A stretch of 64,000 bases of DNA from Opitutales bacterium (lineage in GTDB: Bacteria > Verrucomicrobiota > Verrucomicrobiia > Opitutales > JABSRG01): contig JANQKZ010000032.1 in assembly GCA_028280845.1 (NCBI GenBank), forward strand, positions 5,390 through 69,389, given 5' to 3'. Shown piece by piece: positions 25,155 to 34,953 of the stretch. Positions within the stretch are counted from its first letter, which is position 1, and the number at the start of each line of letters is the position of its first letter. The notes beneath the pieces were generated by a model. The model was not told the origin of the DNA. It did no database searches and saw only the letters and a list, made by a program, of their open reading frames with translations. The position numbers were made by a program, and so were the translations under genes.

Positions 25155-26294
25155 CTACAGCGTTTCGCTCTCTGTGACCGGAAAGGGATCTACGGCCGGA
25201 AGCGGCGGGACCGGGGGAACGGGAGCTACCGGGGGCGCGGGCACAACAATCATGTCCTGCCCACTGGGCGCCACCATGGTCATACCCGAGTCGGGGCTGG
25301 GGACGATGACTTCGATTTTCGGCGCCTCAAAAGTGCCATCCTCATTAATTTGAATGCCCTCCACTTTCTCCATCCGGGCGCGAACGGGACCGGGAATCAG
25401 CTCCATGTCCTCGGCGGTATTGATGGGGCCGGTGAAAAGGAGCGTCCCTTCATTGTCCATGGCCGTCAGGGTCTTGTTGCCTCTCGCCACATTCAGGATC
25501 AGGGTGCCCGCATCATCCTTGAATACGATATTGGCGTCCTTCGTGGCCGACGAATAGGCATGCATGGTATGAGGAGCTTCCGCGGAATCCGAGGTGTAAG
25601 CGTGAATCTTCATTTTCAGGGCCTGTTTGGCCGTTTCAAAATGCTCTTTCCACTCCTCGCTTTCTTTCATTTCTTGAGTGGCTTCTTCAATGGCCTGCAT
25701 GGCCTGGGCATAGCCTCGCTCGATTTCGGCCCGGATCTCCGGGTTGTCTTTCAGTTCCTCCAGCGCTTCTTCTGCAATCACCATGGCCTCCGAGGCGGCT
25801 TCCATGGCCGTGGCGATCGCTTCCTGGGTTTCCATCTCAAACATGAAGTCTACATCCGGAGACCAATCAAAGGTGTTCTCCTTCTTCTTGTGCTGATCGA
25901 GCCGGGAACCCATGTTGCCGTTCAGGACGACCGCCTCCCCCTTTCTCAGCACCGTCATCGTGATGGCGTCTCCCGGGCTGCTTCGCCGCAGCAAGGCGGA
26001 AAATTGCGCCTGGGCCAGGATCAACTGGTCATTGAAGTGGGTCAGGATGTCATAGCGTTCCAGACCGGCCTTGTCGGCGGCACTGTCAGGAACCACGTAA
26101 TTGACAGATAGCCCCACATCCTCATCCAGGTCCAAGTGGTGCCGGAGTTGCTTGCTGACGGAGCCGACCTCCACGCCCAGGAAGGGCTTCTGGGCCAGGG
26201 CCTCGTCATCGCTTTCATATTCATCTGCCCACAGGGAACCGGCCAGCAAGACCAGTAGCAGGGGCAGAACCATTAATTTAAATACGGATTTCAT
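25155..26294 (-). CDS. Secreted PDZ domain-containing protein
   Basis: Signal peptide MKSVFKLMVLPLLLVLLAGSLWA. The PDZ-like region is FLGVEVGSV...GLSVNYVVPDSAADKAGLERYDILTHFNDQLI...GDAITMTVLRKGE. The C-terminus is helical Glu-rich and then Pro-rich. Confidence 0.8.
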   Translation of the reverse strand: MKSVFKLMVLPLLLVLLAGSLWADEYESDDEALAQKPFLGVEVGSVSKQLRHHLDLDEDVGLSVNYVVPDSAADKAGLERYDILTHFNDQLILAQAQFSALLRRSSPGDAITMTVLRKGEAVVLNGNMGSRLDQHKKKENTFDWSPDVDFMFEMETQEAIATAMEAASEAMVIAEEALEELKDNPEIRAEIERGYAQAMQAIEEATQEMKESEEWKEHFETAKQALKMKIHAYTSDSAEAPHTMHAYSSATKDANIVFKDDAGTLILNVARGNKTLTAMDNEGTLLFTGPINTAEDMELIPGPVRARMEKVEGIQINEDGTFEAPKIEVIVPSPDSGMTMVAPSGQDMIVVPAPPVAPVPPVPPLPAVDPFPVTESETL

Positions 26295-26328
26295 GGTAAG
26301 TTTAATCTTAAAGTTAATCAATTAAGGG

Positions 26329-26928
26329 TTAAAAGGTTTCTACAGGTTCCTGAAATACTTCTTCTATCGGCGTATCGATCCGCAGGGTAGACCCATCCGG
26401 ATTTTGCAGGCTGACAGATTCCACAAACAGATAGCGGATTTGGCGCACCGCTTCATTCTCACTCGTCCAGACGATCCCGTCGTCAATGATGTCAAACAGA
26501 ATGGTTTGGGTCCGACCCGGAGAGAAGGTGGCCACATTGGGATCGATGAAACTGCCGTCGGGTTCCATATCCACGATCTGGAGTTCCCCTAAGCCCTCCT
26601 CCGTGTCCACCGAGCCATTCCCGGAAGGATCTCTTAAAAAGAGGACGGCGAGCGTCAATACCACCAGGGCGGCGGCAGCGGAAGGCGCCAACAGAAACCG
26701 CACCAGGCGGCTCCGGCGGAATCCGGGCTCTGATTTATAAAACGCGGGGTCGGCGCCAATCGACTTCAGCCCCGGGGAGGCGACATCCGCCTGGTCAGGG
26801 CCATCGCGACCGGCCATGGCCAGCTCGATGCGCTCCTGGAGGAGCTCTGGCAACGATTCGGGCTCCAGGGAGGTCAGTTCGGCCTCCAGACGGCTCAAAT
26901 CGTCAGACGCTTCGTGTTGCGGGTTCAT
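26329..26928 (-). CDS. Single-pass membrane protein, putative anti-sigma factor (by position)
   Basis: 199 aa with one TM helix (LVRFLLAPSAAAALVVLTLAVLFL). Its start overlaps the ECF sigma gene stop by 4 nt. No zinc-binding HxxxCxxC motif. Confidence 0.6.
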   Translation of the reverse strand: MNPQHEASDDLSRLEAELTSLEPESLPELLQERIELAMAGRDGPDQADVASPGLKSIGADPAFYKSEPGFRRSRLVRFLLAPSAAAALVVLTLAVLFLRDPSGNGSVDTEEGLGELQIVDMEPDGSFIDPNVATFSPGRTQTILFDIIDDGIVWTSENEAVRQIRYLFVESVSLQNPDGSTLRIDTPIEEVFQEPVETF

Positions 26929-27494
26929 GTTTGGATTTGCTTGGGATTCAGGATGCGCCTGAGGGTAGTCAGGCTGTAGCGGTAGCGGGAAGCAGCGGTG
27001 TTTGCGGAAAGACCGAGGGCCTTGCCAATATCATCAAAGGTGAGATTGCCCCAGATCTTGAGGATGAGGACCTCTTGTTGGTCTCCGGGAAGTTTACGTA
27101 TTGCCGACTCGAGGGCGGCCCGGCGCTCATCCTGTTCGGTTTTTCGGTCAAACCACGAGAGGTGCACCCCTTCTGCCTGGTCCATCGCCACGGTTTTGGC
27201 TTCGCGGAGCCCACGCCGGTCGATTTGCCGGCCCAGATCCACTGCGGTTCGCCGGATGGCGGTGTAGACCTCGCCGGGGTGGACCGCCGCTGAATCGGGC
27301 TTACTTTTCCATATACGAAGGAATGCTTCCTGCAATACGTCTTGCGCATCAGCCTCAGACCGGGTCTGTTGCCGCGCAAACAGCAGAAGCCTGCCTCCTT
27401 CTTTCGCCAATAACTGGCGCCAGGGTGTTGCTCCTGATTCAATCGACATGGGACAAGTGGACTCATTTTTACCATAGAGCGCCGCCATCGACAC
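26925..27494 (-). CDS. ECF-type RNA polymerase sigma-70 family factor
   Basis: Region 2 is DAQDVLQEAFLRIWK and region 4 is LPGDQQEVLILKIWGNLTFDDIGKALGLSANTAASRYRYSL. The start may be the Met at 27449. Confidence 0.9.
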   Translation of the reverse strand: MSMAALYGKNESTCPMSIESGATPWRQLLAKEGGRLLLFARQQTRSEADAQDVLQEAFLRIWKSKPDSAAVHPGEVYTAIRRTAVDLGRQIDRRGLREAKTVAMDQAEGVHLSWFDRKTEQDERRAALESAIRKLPGDQQEVLILKIWGNLTFDDIGKALGLSANTAASRYRYSLTTLRRILNPKQIQT

Positions 27495-27658
27495 GCTTTG
27501 TTTAAGTTTTTTCTGAACAAAGCAAGGCCGGGCATCCGCTAACCGGTTTATGACTAGAGACTGGTGGAGATCTTATGCCGCATGTGGAGGTCAGAACCTC
27601 TAATCACCTGAACGTTTAAAAAAACATGACAAAAATGTCGCCTAAACGGGTTGATATT

Positions 27659-27673
27659 TTGGAATGATTCTAA
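27659..27673. promoter_or_regulatory. Candidate Fur/PerR-type 7-1-7 box TTGGAAT-G-ATTCTAA
   Basis: Inverted repeat with 6 of 7 arm positions matching, 20 nt upstream of the Fur-family ATG. By my count it matches 11 of 14 positions of the PerR-type TTATAATnATTATAA. Confidence 0.35.
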
Positions 27674-27692
27674 ATATTACTTGTATCAGATC

Positions 27693-28118
27693 ATGAACTT
27701 ATCTCCAGAGCACAAAGCATTATTAGATAACGCACTCATTGATAGCGGGTTACGTTCTACCCGCCAGCGCGAGCAAGTCTATGGTGTCATTATGTCTAAA
27801 CAGGATCACCCCACTGCGGATGAGATTTATGCCCGGGCCAAAGCGTCCATGCCGACCATTTCTCTGGCCACCGTCTACAACTGCTTGGAGACCCTGGTGG
27901 ACTGTGGCCTAGTGCGTCAGGTGAATTTTGATCGGGAGCCCTCGCGCTACTGCCCAAACCTGAAGGAACATGCCCACTTTTACTGCAAAGAAACCGGTGA
28001 AGTGTTCGACATCGATCTTTCCGGGCAGGCCATTCACGAGCTTCGACGACAGCTGCCGGAGGGCTTCGAAATGGAGTCCTTTGAACTCTCCTATCACGGA
28101 AAAACCCATTCTAACTGA
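27693..28118 (+). CDS. Fur family transcriptional regulator
   Basis: [32 protein letters not shown]...[19 protein letters not shown]...[15 protein letters not shown]. Confidence 0.9.
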   Translation: MNLSPEHKALLDNALIDSGLRSTRQREQVYGVIMSKQDHPTADEIYARAKASMPTISLATVYNCLETLVDCGLVRQVNFDREPSRYCPNLKEHAHFYCKETGEVFDIDLSGQAIHELRRQLPEGFEMESFELSYHGKTHSN

Positions 28119-28159
28119 CTTTTGATTAACCAGACGACTCAGCAATCCATTTAACTATC

Positions 28160-28921
28160 ATGTCTAACCAGCTAGAAATTAAACATCTCAACGCTTCCAT
28201 TGAAGGGAAGGCTATTCTCAATAACCTTAACCTGACTCTGCCACAGGGAGAAGTGCATGCCATCATGGGCCCCAACGGAACCGGGAAAAGCACCCTGGCC
28301 AAGGTCCTGGCCGGCCACGAAGACTACGAAGTAGACGGCGGCGAAGTGCTCATGAACGGAGAAAACATCCTTGAGATGGAACCAGACGAAATTTCGCGGG
28401 CGGGGCTCTTCCTTGCCTTTCAATACCCGATGGAAATCGCCGGGGTCAGCATCGCCAATTTTATTCGAGCCGCACTCCAGGCCAGACTCGATGAAGGCGA
28501 GGAGCTGAATGCGACCCAATACTACAAGGAGCTCTATGAAAAAATGGACCTCCTCAAAATTGATCGCAAATTTACCTCTCGATCGGTCAACGAAGGATTC
28601 AGCGGAGGGGAAAAGAAACGCTGCGAAATCCTGCAGATGTCTATGCTGAACCCGAACTACTGCATCATGGACGAAACGGATTCCGGGCTGGACATCGACG
28701 CGCTCCGGGTCGTGGCCAATGGGGTAAACCTCATGCGCGGAGCTGACCGTGGGTTTCTTGTGATCACCCACTACCAACGCCTCCTCGAATATATCGTTCC
28801 CGATGTCGTCCACGTCATGTTTAACGGCAGCATCGTAAAGACCGGTGGCCCCGAACTCGCCAAAGAGCTGGAAGAGCGGGGATACGGCTGGCTCGAAGCA
28901 GAAGCTGCGGTCACCGCCTGA
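28160..28921 (+). CDS. sufC: Fe-S cluster assembly ATPase SufC
   Basis: Walker [10 protein letters not shown], the signature FSGGEKKR and Walker [13 protein letters not shown]-like sequence ([15 protein letters not shown]). Confidence 0.95.
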   Translation: MSNQLEIKHLNASIEGKAILNNLNLTLPQGEVHAIMGPNGTGKSTLAKVLAGHEDYEVDGGEVLMNGENILEMEPDEISRAGLFLAFQYPMEIAGVSIANFIRAALQARLDEGEELNATQYYKELYEKMDLLKIDRKFTSRSVNEGFSGGEKKRCEILQMSMLNPNYCIMDETDSGLDIDALRVVANGVNLMRGADRGFLVITHYQRLLEYIVPDVVHVMFNGSIVKTGGPELAKELEERGYGWLEAEAAVTA

Positions 28922-28964
28922 CCTCCCTCCTCCACTTTCATATTCACCTTCACCTTTTAAAATC

Positions 28965-30377
28965 ATGTCCGCCGAAGCAGAAACGCTCAGTCAAATAGAT
29001 AGAGATAAGGGTAACTTTCATTACGAGACCGATTATGCCTACGATGCCGGGGTCGGCCTGACCCCGGAGGTCGTGGACTACATCGCTTCCGTCAAAGACG
29101 AGGACGAGTGGGTCCGCGAGTTTCGTCAGAAAGCCCTCAAGGTTTTTGAGAAAAAACCCATGCCCACCCATTGGGCCTCCGAAGACCTCAATAACATCGT
29201 CTTCGAAAACATCCGCTACTATCTCGCGAAGGGTCAACAGCCTACCCGGTCCTGGGATGAAGTGCCGGATGACGTGAAGGAAACCTTCGAACGGCTGGGG
29301 ATTCCGGAAAACGAACGTAAATTCCTGGCCGGAGTCGAGGCCCAGTTCGACAGTGAAGCCGCCTACTCCCGCATGAAAGAGGAGCTCGAAAAGGAAGGGG
29401 TCATCTTTGTCGGATCCACCGAGGGGCTGATGAAGCACCCGGATATCTTTCGCAAATTTTTCGGCAAAGTCATTCCCATCGGAGATAACAAGTTCTCTGC
29501 GCTGAACAGCGCAGTCTTCTCCGGCGGATCCTTTATTTATGTGCCCCCCGGGGTCAAAGTACGGCAACCCCTGCAGGCTTACTTCCGGATCAATGCCGAA
29601 AACTTTGGTCAGTTTGAGCGCACCCTCATCATCGCGGATGAAGGGGCTGAAGTCACCTACATGGAAGGCTGCACCGCACCTAAGTTTGAGACCAGCACAC
29701 TCCATAGCGCGGTCGTCGAGCTGGTCGCCCTGAAAAACGCCAAGATCCAATACATCACGGTCCAGAATTGGTCCGACAACGTCTTCAACCTCGTCACGAA
29801 GCGGGCGATGGCCGAGGAAGGCGCAGAAGTGAAGTGGATCGACTGCAATATCGGAAGCCGGCTCACCATGAAGTATCCCGGGGTGATCCTGAAAGGAGAT
29901 GGCGCCCGCGGAGAGGTCCTCTCCATCGCACTGGCCAGCGATGGGCAGCACCAGGATACTGGCGCAAAGATGATCCACCAGGCCAACAATACCTCCTCCA
30001 ACGTCATCTCTAAATCCATTTCCGTCGGTGAGGGTCGGGCTACCTACCGTGGCCGCGTCCACATGCCCAAGGAGCTCAGCAATTGTAAGAACAATACCGA
30101 GTGCGACGCCCTGCTGATCAACACCAACAGCAAGACTGACACCTACCCTGCCATTACCGTGACCGGTGAAGGCAACAGCGTGCAACACGAAGCCAGTGTG
30201 TCAAAAGTCAGCGCCGAACAGATCTTTTACATGATGTCCCGTGGCCTCGACGAAGGTCAGGCCATGAGCCTCGCCGTCAACGGCTTTATCAATGATCTCA
30301 CCCGACACTTCCCCATGGAGTATTCAGTCGAGCTTAAGCGCCTGATCGACCTGGAGATGGAAGGTTCCGTCGGTTAA
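28965..30377 (+). CDS. sufB: Fe-S cluster assembly scaffold SufB
   Basis: Taken from the ATG at 28965 (the track's 28845 start overlaps sufC). It carries ...[23 protein letters not shown]...YMEGCTAP...[20 protein letters not shown]... Confidence 0.95.
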   Translation: MSAEAETLSQIDRDKGNFHYETDYAYDAGVGLTPEVVDYIASVKDEDEWVREFRQKALKVFEKKPMPTHWASEDLNNIVFENIRYYLAKGQQPTRSWDEVPDDVKETFERLGIPENERKFLAGVEAQFDSEAAYSRMKEELEKEGVIFVGSTEGLMKHPDIFRKFFGKVIPIGDNKFSALNSAVFSGGSFIYVPPGVKVRQPLQAYFRINAENFGQFERTLIIADEGAEVTYMEGCTAPKFETSTLHSAVVELVALKNAKIQYITVQNWSDNVFNLVTKRAMAEEGAEVKWIDCNIGSRLTMKYPGVILKGDGARGEVLSIALASDGQHQDTGAKMIHQANNTSSNVISKSISVGEGRATYRGRVHMPKELSNCKNNTECDALLINTNSKTDTYPAITVTGEGNSVQHEASVSKVSAEQIFYMMSRGLDEGQAMSLAVNGFINDLTRHFPMEYSVELKRLIDLEMEGSVG

Positions 30378-30410
30378 TCCCAATTTCATGACTCAACCAT
30401 AACCTATAAC

Positions 30411-31772
30411 ATGGCCCAACCCACTTTGATAGACAACGACGCCTCCGAATCTCCAGCCCGCCCTGAACTTCAACACCAGGACGCTTTCGAACAGGCGATC
30501 GCCGCCCTCCCCGATCAACCGGACTGGTTAATTGAACGTCGCCAAAAGGCATGGGATGCATTCCAAACCTTGCCCCTTCCTTCCCGCAAAGACGAACAGT
30601 GGCGCTTCGCTACCTTGAACCGGAACGTCCTGAATCAGATTGTTCCCGGCAACGGGGTCGATGCCGAAACGGCCGATCGCCTTGCCAGCCGCTCCAGCTT
30701 CATTGCGGACCACGCGGGGCAGTATGTATTCGCCGATAATCAGCTGATCGACTCCACGCCCCTGGATCCCGAGCTGGCTGAAAAGGGCGTTCGTTTCGTA
30801 AACCTGGAAACAGCCCTGCGCGACCACACCGACCTCATCGAGCCGATCTTTCTTCAGGCCCAGGCGGAGCTGGGCAGTGAGAAGTTTGTCGCCCTCCACA
30901 AAGCACTCGTGACCAATGGGACCTTTCTCTTTGTGCCCAGAGGCGTGGAAATGAGCAAACCCGTCGTGGCTGTCTACTGGTCGTCTGCCGCCAGCACCGC
31001 TGTCTTCCCCCACACCCTCATCCTGGCCGAAGACAACACCTCGGTAAACCTGGTCGACATCTTTTTATCCGATAACCCCGAAGCGGCGGGCTTTGCCTGC
31101 TCCATGGCCAATATCCATGGGGGCGCCAATTCCCGTGTCATGCGCAAGGTGGTTCAGGACTGGAATGAAAACACATTCTCCTTCCAGAATGATCTCACCA
31201 TCGCCGAGCGCGACTCCGTGGTCAAGAATGTGGCGGTGAACATTGGGGCCTTGAAGTCCCGCTATGAAAACATGTGCCGGATTGTCGGCCCCGGTGCCGA
31301 CGTGAAAATGTATTCCCTGACCGTTGGCGAAAAACACCAGGAATTTGACCAACGTACCCTGCAGGTGCACGAAGCCCCCCACGCAACCAGTGACCTCCTC
31401 TACAAGAATTCCCTCATGGATGAGTGCCGGACCATTTTCTCCGGACTGATCGTGGTGGATGATGAGGCCCAGCAAACCGACGCCTACCAAACCAACCGCA
31501 ATCTCCTTTTAGATCACACGGCTGAGGCGAATTCACTGCCCGGCCTCGAAATCAAGGCCAACGATGTGAAATGCTCCCATGGAGCCACCACGGCCCGCCT
31601 CGAAGAGGAAGAACTGTTCTATCTGATGGCCCGGGGTATTCCAGAGCGCACCGCCAAGCGCCTCCTCGTGTTTGGGTTCTTTGAAGAGATCATCGAGAAA
31701 GTGAGCAACCAGGAGCTCGCCGAAAAAATCCGCGACATCGTTCACCATAAGTTCACGCGGCATCAGGCGTGA
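30411..31772 (+). CDS. sufD: Fe-S cluster assembly protein SufD
   Basis: 453 aa, with the paralogous beta-helix region and ...[24 protein letters not shown]... Confidence 0.9.
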   Translation: MAQPTLIDNDASESPARPELQHQDAFEQAIAALPDQPDWLIERRQKAWDAFQTLPLPSRKDEQWRFATLNRNVLNQIVPGNGVDAETADRLASRSSFIADHAGQYVFADNQLIDSTPLDPELAEKGVRFVNLETALRDHTDLIEPIFLQAQAELGSEKFVALHKALVTNGTFLFVPRGVEMSKPVVAVYWSSAASTAVFPHTLILAEDNTSVNLVDIFLSDNPEAAGFACSMANIHGGANSRVMRKVVQDWNENTFSFQNDLTIAERDSVVKNVAVNIGALKSRYENMCRIVGPGADVKMYSLTVGEKHQEFDQRTLQVHEAPHATSDLLYKNSLMDECRTIFSGLIVVDDEAQQTDAYQTNRNLLLDHTAEANSLPGLEIKANDVKCSHGATTARLEEEELFYLMARGIPERTAKRLLVFGFFEEIIEKVSNQELAEKIRDIVHHKFTRHQA

Positions 31773-31820
31773 TTCGCCATGGTGCGATGTGAGTGTGAGT
31801 TGTGCAGGTGAAGTTAATCA

Positions 31821-31855
31821 CAATTCACAGTTCACAGTTCACAGTTCACAGTTCA
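31821..31855 (+). repeat. Tandem heptamer repeat (CAATTCA)(CAGTTCA)x4
   Basis: Read directly from the sequence. It ends 11 nt before the sufT ATG. Confidence 0.9.
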
Positions 31856-31866
31856 TAATTGTCACC

Positions 31867-32424
31867 ATGTCCGACGAAAAAGTCTTAGTTCGCGATGTCG
31901 ATGCGACTCTGATCCCGCATGGGGAAGCCTTTACCCTCGAGAAGGGGACTCAAGTGGTGATTACCCACCGGCTGGGGGGTAACTTCACCGTGATGGGTCC
32001 CAACGGCATGTTCCGCATTGCCGCCAGAGACGCAGATGCCCTGGAGGAAGAAATCCCGGCTGAATACCAGGCCGTTGAAACCAAGGCAGATGACGCCTCC
32101 GCGGACGGCCCCTTAACTGAAGCGCGTATCCGGGAAAAATTGAAACTCGTCTTCGATCCGGAAATACCGGTCAACATCGTGGACCTCGGCCTGGTCTATA
32201 ACACCGAAATTATTGAGGACCCAACCGACTCCTACCGGGTACATGTGGACATGACCTTGACGGCTCCGGGCTGTGGCATGGGCCCCATGATCGCCGATGA
32301 CGCCAAACAACGGATCTTGGAGATTGCTGGCGTCAACCAGGCAGAAGTTGAGATTGTGTGGGATCCTCCCTGGAATCAGGAAATGATTTCAGAGGAAGGA
32401 AAAATGATCCTGGGGCTGATTTAG
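31867..32424 (+). CDS. sufT: SufT-like Fe-S assembly protein (DUF59/MIP18 domain)
   Basis: The C-terminal part is DUF59-like: [24 protein letters not shown]...[14 protein letters not shown]. It is the last gene of the suf cluster. Confidence 0.8.
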   Translation: MSDEKVLVRDVDATLIPHGEAFTLEKGTQVVITHRLGGNFTVMGPNGMFRIAARDADALEEEIPAEYQAVETKADDASADGPLTEARIREKLKLVFDPEIPVNIVDLGLVYNTEIIEDPTDSYRVHVDMTLTAPGCGMGPMIADDAKQRILEIAGVNQAEVEIVWDPPWNQEMISEEGKMILGLI

Positions 32425-32591
32425 ACGCGATCAGCAGATATTCATTGACGAACGATAATGACGATCACCTCCGGTCGAGAATTAATCGCTATTATCGAAA
32501 CTATCGTCAGCTAGCAGAGTAGCGGGAGTTGTGAGCAGTGATTTGGTAAAAAACCATTCCCATCACACATGCACAATTCACCCTTCCCACC

Positions 32592-32861
32592 CTATGCCAC
32601 ATTGCGGGTCAGGGTAGGTTTGTCATTCGCGGTATACTTCACGACGGTGCCGGAAATCCCCCGAGGCAGGCTGGTGGTTTTGCTGTAACTGACCATAACC
32701 ATTTCCATGACCCCGTATAGGGCGGCAAAGGTCATCACGTTGAGCAGAGTAAAGGGCAAAACTGAGAAGGTAAATAGCGTGACCATAACAATACCTATGG
32801 CCAGGCGGATCAGTTGGTGTGCAATGTGTAAGTTCATTTTTGAAAGAGTGAGTCGGTTCAT
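32592..32861 (-). CDS. Possible small membrane protein
   Basis: 89-aa ORF with two hydrophobic segments. No family recognised, and a competing overlapping ORF occupies another frame. Confidence 0.35.
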   Translation of the reverse strand: MNRLTLSKMNLHIAHQLIRLAIGIVMVTLFTFSVLPFTLLNVMTFAALYGVMEMVMVSYSKTTSLPRGISGTVVKYTANDKPTLTRNVA

Positions 32862-32949
32862 ATTTGGGTTGGAACGCCCTCACTTATTGCCAATCACATG
32901 CCAATTCACTGAAATAGATCCCTAAACCATTGGTAATAATTGATTTAAA

Positions 32950-32965
32950 ATATTTTATAAAATAT
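32950..32965. repeat. Perfect 16-bp AT palindrome ATATTTTATAAAATAT
   Basis: Read directly from the sequence, in an AT-rich 300-nt intergenic region. Confidence 0.9.
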
Positions 32966-33162
32966 AAGGCTCCATTATCAAAGATGATAGCTGAAATACT
33001 GATCCATGCTCGAAACAGGGTCAGTCCCAAAAATGGGACACAATAAAGCCGAGCGCTTCCTGCAGGGATCGTGCTCCTCCGTCGCCAAGCTTACGGAGGA
33101 CACAGCGGACGAGCCCAGCCAGCTCAACTCACAGCTCACCAGAACCGCCCTGCGGTTTTGAT

Positions 33163-33807
33163 TCAGATTTTCTCTACGATCTTATCGGCCAGACCATACT
33201 CGATGGCTTCCGTCGCGGTCAGATAGAAGTCGCGATCCGTATCTTTTTCGATCTTTTCGAGGGGCTGCCCGGAGGCGTCAGCCAGGATCTTGTTCAGCTC
33301 GGAGCGCAAGCGCTCCATTTCCTGGGCCTGGATATGAATATCGGATGCCGCCGCAACCATGCGACCCCCAATCAACGGCTGGTGGATGAGCACCCGTGAA
33401 CTGGGGTAAAGGTAGCGCATCCCCTTATCCGCGCCGCAGAGCAAGATGGACCCCATGCTGGCCGCCATCCCGGTCACCACAACGGAAACGGGAGAACTGA
33501 TCAGTTTCATGGTGTCATAGCAGGCCATCCCAGCGGTAATCGATCCTCCCGGGCTATTGATATAAAAAGTAATCGGCTCACCCGGTTTATCCCATTCCAT
33601 GAAGAGGAGTTTTTCCGTGCAGTCCTTCATGGTCTTGTCGTCCACTTGGCCCCAGAGAAACAGCTTCCGTTCTTCCAGGAACTTCTTCTGCATAGCATAG
33701 AGGAATTCGGGTCCGCGCTTGGAGTCGGAATCGCCTTCTTCATCATCGAGGCGGGGAAGGTGCGCCAAATCGGTCATGGTGGTGGTAAAGTCTTTCGTGT
33801 GTGTCAT
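33163..33807 (-). CDS. clpP: ATP-dependent Clp protease proteolytic subunit (divergent, N-terminally extended paralog)
   Basis: YINSPGGSITAG, catalytic Ser in GMAASMG, His in LIHQP and Asp in DTDRDFYL. The N-terminal extension is acidic, about 35 aa. Confidence 0.9.
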   Translation of the reverse strand: MTHTKDFTTTMTDLAHLPRLDDEEGDSDSKRGPEFLYAMQKKFLEERKLFLWGQVDDKTMKDCTEKLLFMEWDKPGEPITFYINSPGGSITAGMACYDTMKLISSPVSVVVTGMAASMGSILLCGADKGMRYLYPSSRVLIHQPLIGGRMVAAASDIHIQAQEMERLRSELNKILADASGQPLEKIEKDTDRDFYLTATEAIEYGLADKIVEKI

Positions 33808-33929
33808 CGGAGCTAAAAACTGTTCGTTTAAATGGTCGGCTGGTCAAGCATGGAGGGCGGAAACGTATCGTCGAGATATCACAGACCCCGTTTGTGGGGA
33901 CAACCTCATCTCGCGAACAATGTCCGGCC

Positions 33930-34376
33930 CTACCCCTCGATCTTATTCACCCGCCGTTCATGCCGACCTCCGTCGAAGGGAGTCGCTAAAAACTGACGCG
34001 CAAAGGCGACAGCCTGTTCCTCCGACACCACCCGGGACCCGAGCGCCATGGCATTGGCATTGTTATGGCGGCGTGTCATGTCGACCGCCCATTCGTCCCA
34101 GCAAAGCCCACAGCGGACGCCCTTCACCTTGTTTGCTACGATCGCCTCGCCATTTCCCGAGCCGCCAAAGACAATCGCGTAATCCGCCTCTCCCTGCACA
34201 ATGGCCTCTGCCGCAGGACGAACAAAATCGGGGTAGTCACTGGATTCATCCGAGTAAGCACCGTAATCCCTGACCGTATGCCCATCCGCTTCGAGACCCG
34301 CCTTTACCGCCTCCTTGTGCCGGTATCCCGCATGGTCCGTCCCCAAGGAAACTATATATTTCGGTTCCACTGCCAT
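33930..34376 (-). CDS. rpiB: Ribose 5-phosphate isomerase B
   Basis: Taken from the Met at 34376: LGTDHAGYRHKEAV...VFGGSGNGEAIVANKVKGVRC...RRHNNANAMALGSR. Confidence 0.9.
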   Translation of the reverse strand: MAVEPKYIVSLGTDHAGYRHKEAVKAGLEADGHTVRDYGAYSDESSDYPDFVRPAAEAIVQGEADYAIVFGGSGNGEAIVANKVKGVRCGLCWDEWAVDMTRRHNNANAMALGSRVVSEEQAVAFARQFLATPFDGGRHERRVNKIEG

Positions 34377-34533
34377 GCCAAATGAGGAAATAGCCGAGTA
34401 TCCAACTGTCGAGACAGAATACGCCTCAAGGTGAGTTGTGGGGAGTGAATGTAGATTGTGAACGATTCGTTCCCGGGTAGGATGACAGGCCCCGCACAAC
34501 CCAACAGCTCGGCCTTCAGCTCACAGAGCACAG

Positions 34534-34785
34534 TCAATAATACGGATCGTAGCGATAGCGGCGGGCTTTCCATTCGTAATCACGCGGATTTCCTTTATAG
34601 AGGGCTGCATCAAGGATGGACCAGAAATGCATGATCCACCCAAGAAAAAAAACCCACAGGATGGCGGTCAGGATGAATTGCCAGAAGGCAGCCCACACGC
34701 GGCCCTGGACGAGTTGTCCAAGCCCGGGTATAAAAAAGCTACAGATGGCTGAGGCGACGTTTGCTAGAGTTCCTGGAGCAGGCAT
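34534..34785 (-). CDS. Small membrane protein (PGLGQ motif, TM2-like)
   Basis: 83 aa, with FFIPGLGQLVQGR followed by hydrophobic helices. Confidence 0.6.
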   Translation of the reverse strand: MPAPGTLANVASAICSFFIPGLGQLVQGRVWAAFWQFILTAILWVFFLGWIMHFWSILDAALYKGNPRDYEWKARRYRYDPYY

Positions 34786-34953
34786 GATTTAAATCGAGGG
34801 TATAGGTTTCTGTTTTGGTGTTTGACATCATATCTGCAGGGCTTGTACCAATTGCCTCATCCATTCCATAACCCGTTGATATAAAACAATTAAAATCAAA
34901 ATCCAAAAACCGAAATCGAAAGTTCTGGTAAAAATCACCAACATATTGGCGAA

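Noticed and set aside
25131-26111. 326-aa plus-strand ORF
   Set aside because: Antisense to the PDZ gene. It is Gly/Arg/His-rich with no recognisable motifs.
28845-28964. Long N-terminal extension of sufB overlapping sufC
   Set aside because: The extension is Pro/Ser-rich and overlaps sufC in another frame. The ATG at 28965 gives the conserved SufB N-terminus.
28950-30188. 412-aa minus-strand ORF (and 28172-28966, 264 aa)
   Set aside because: Antisense to sufB/sufC, whose identities are unambiguous. The composition is that of a shadow ORF.
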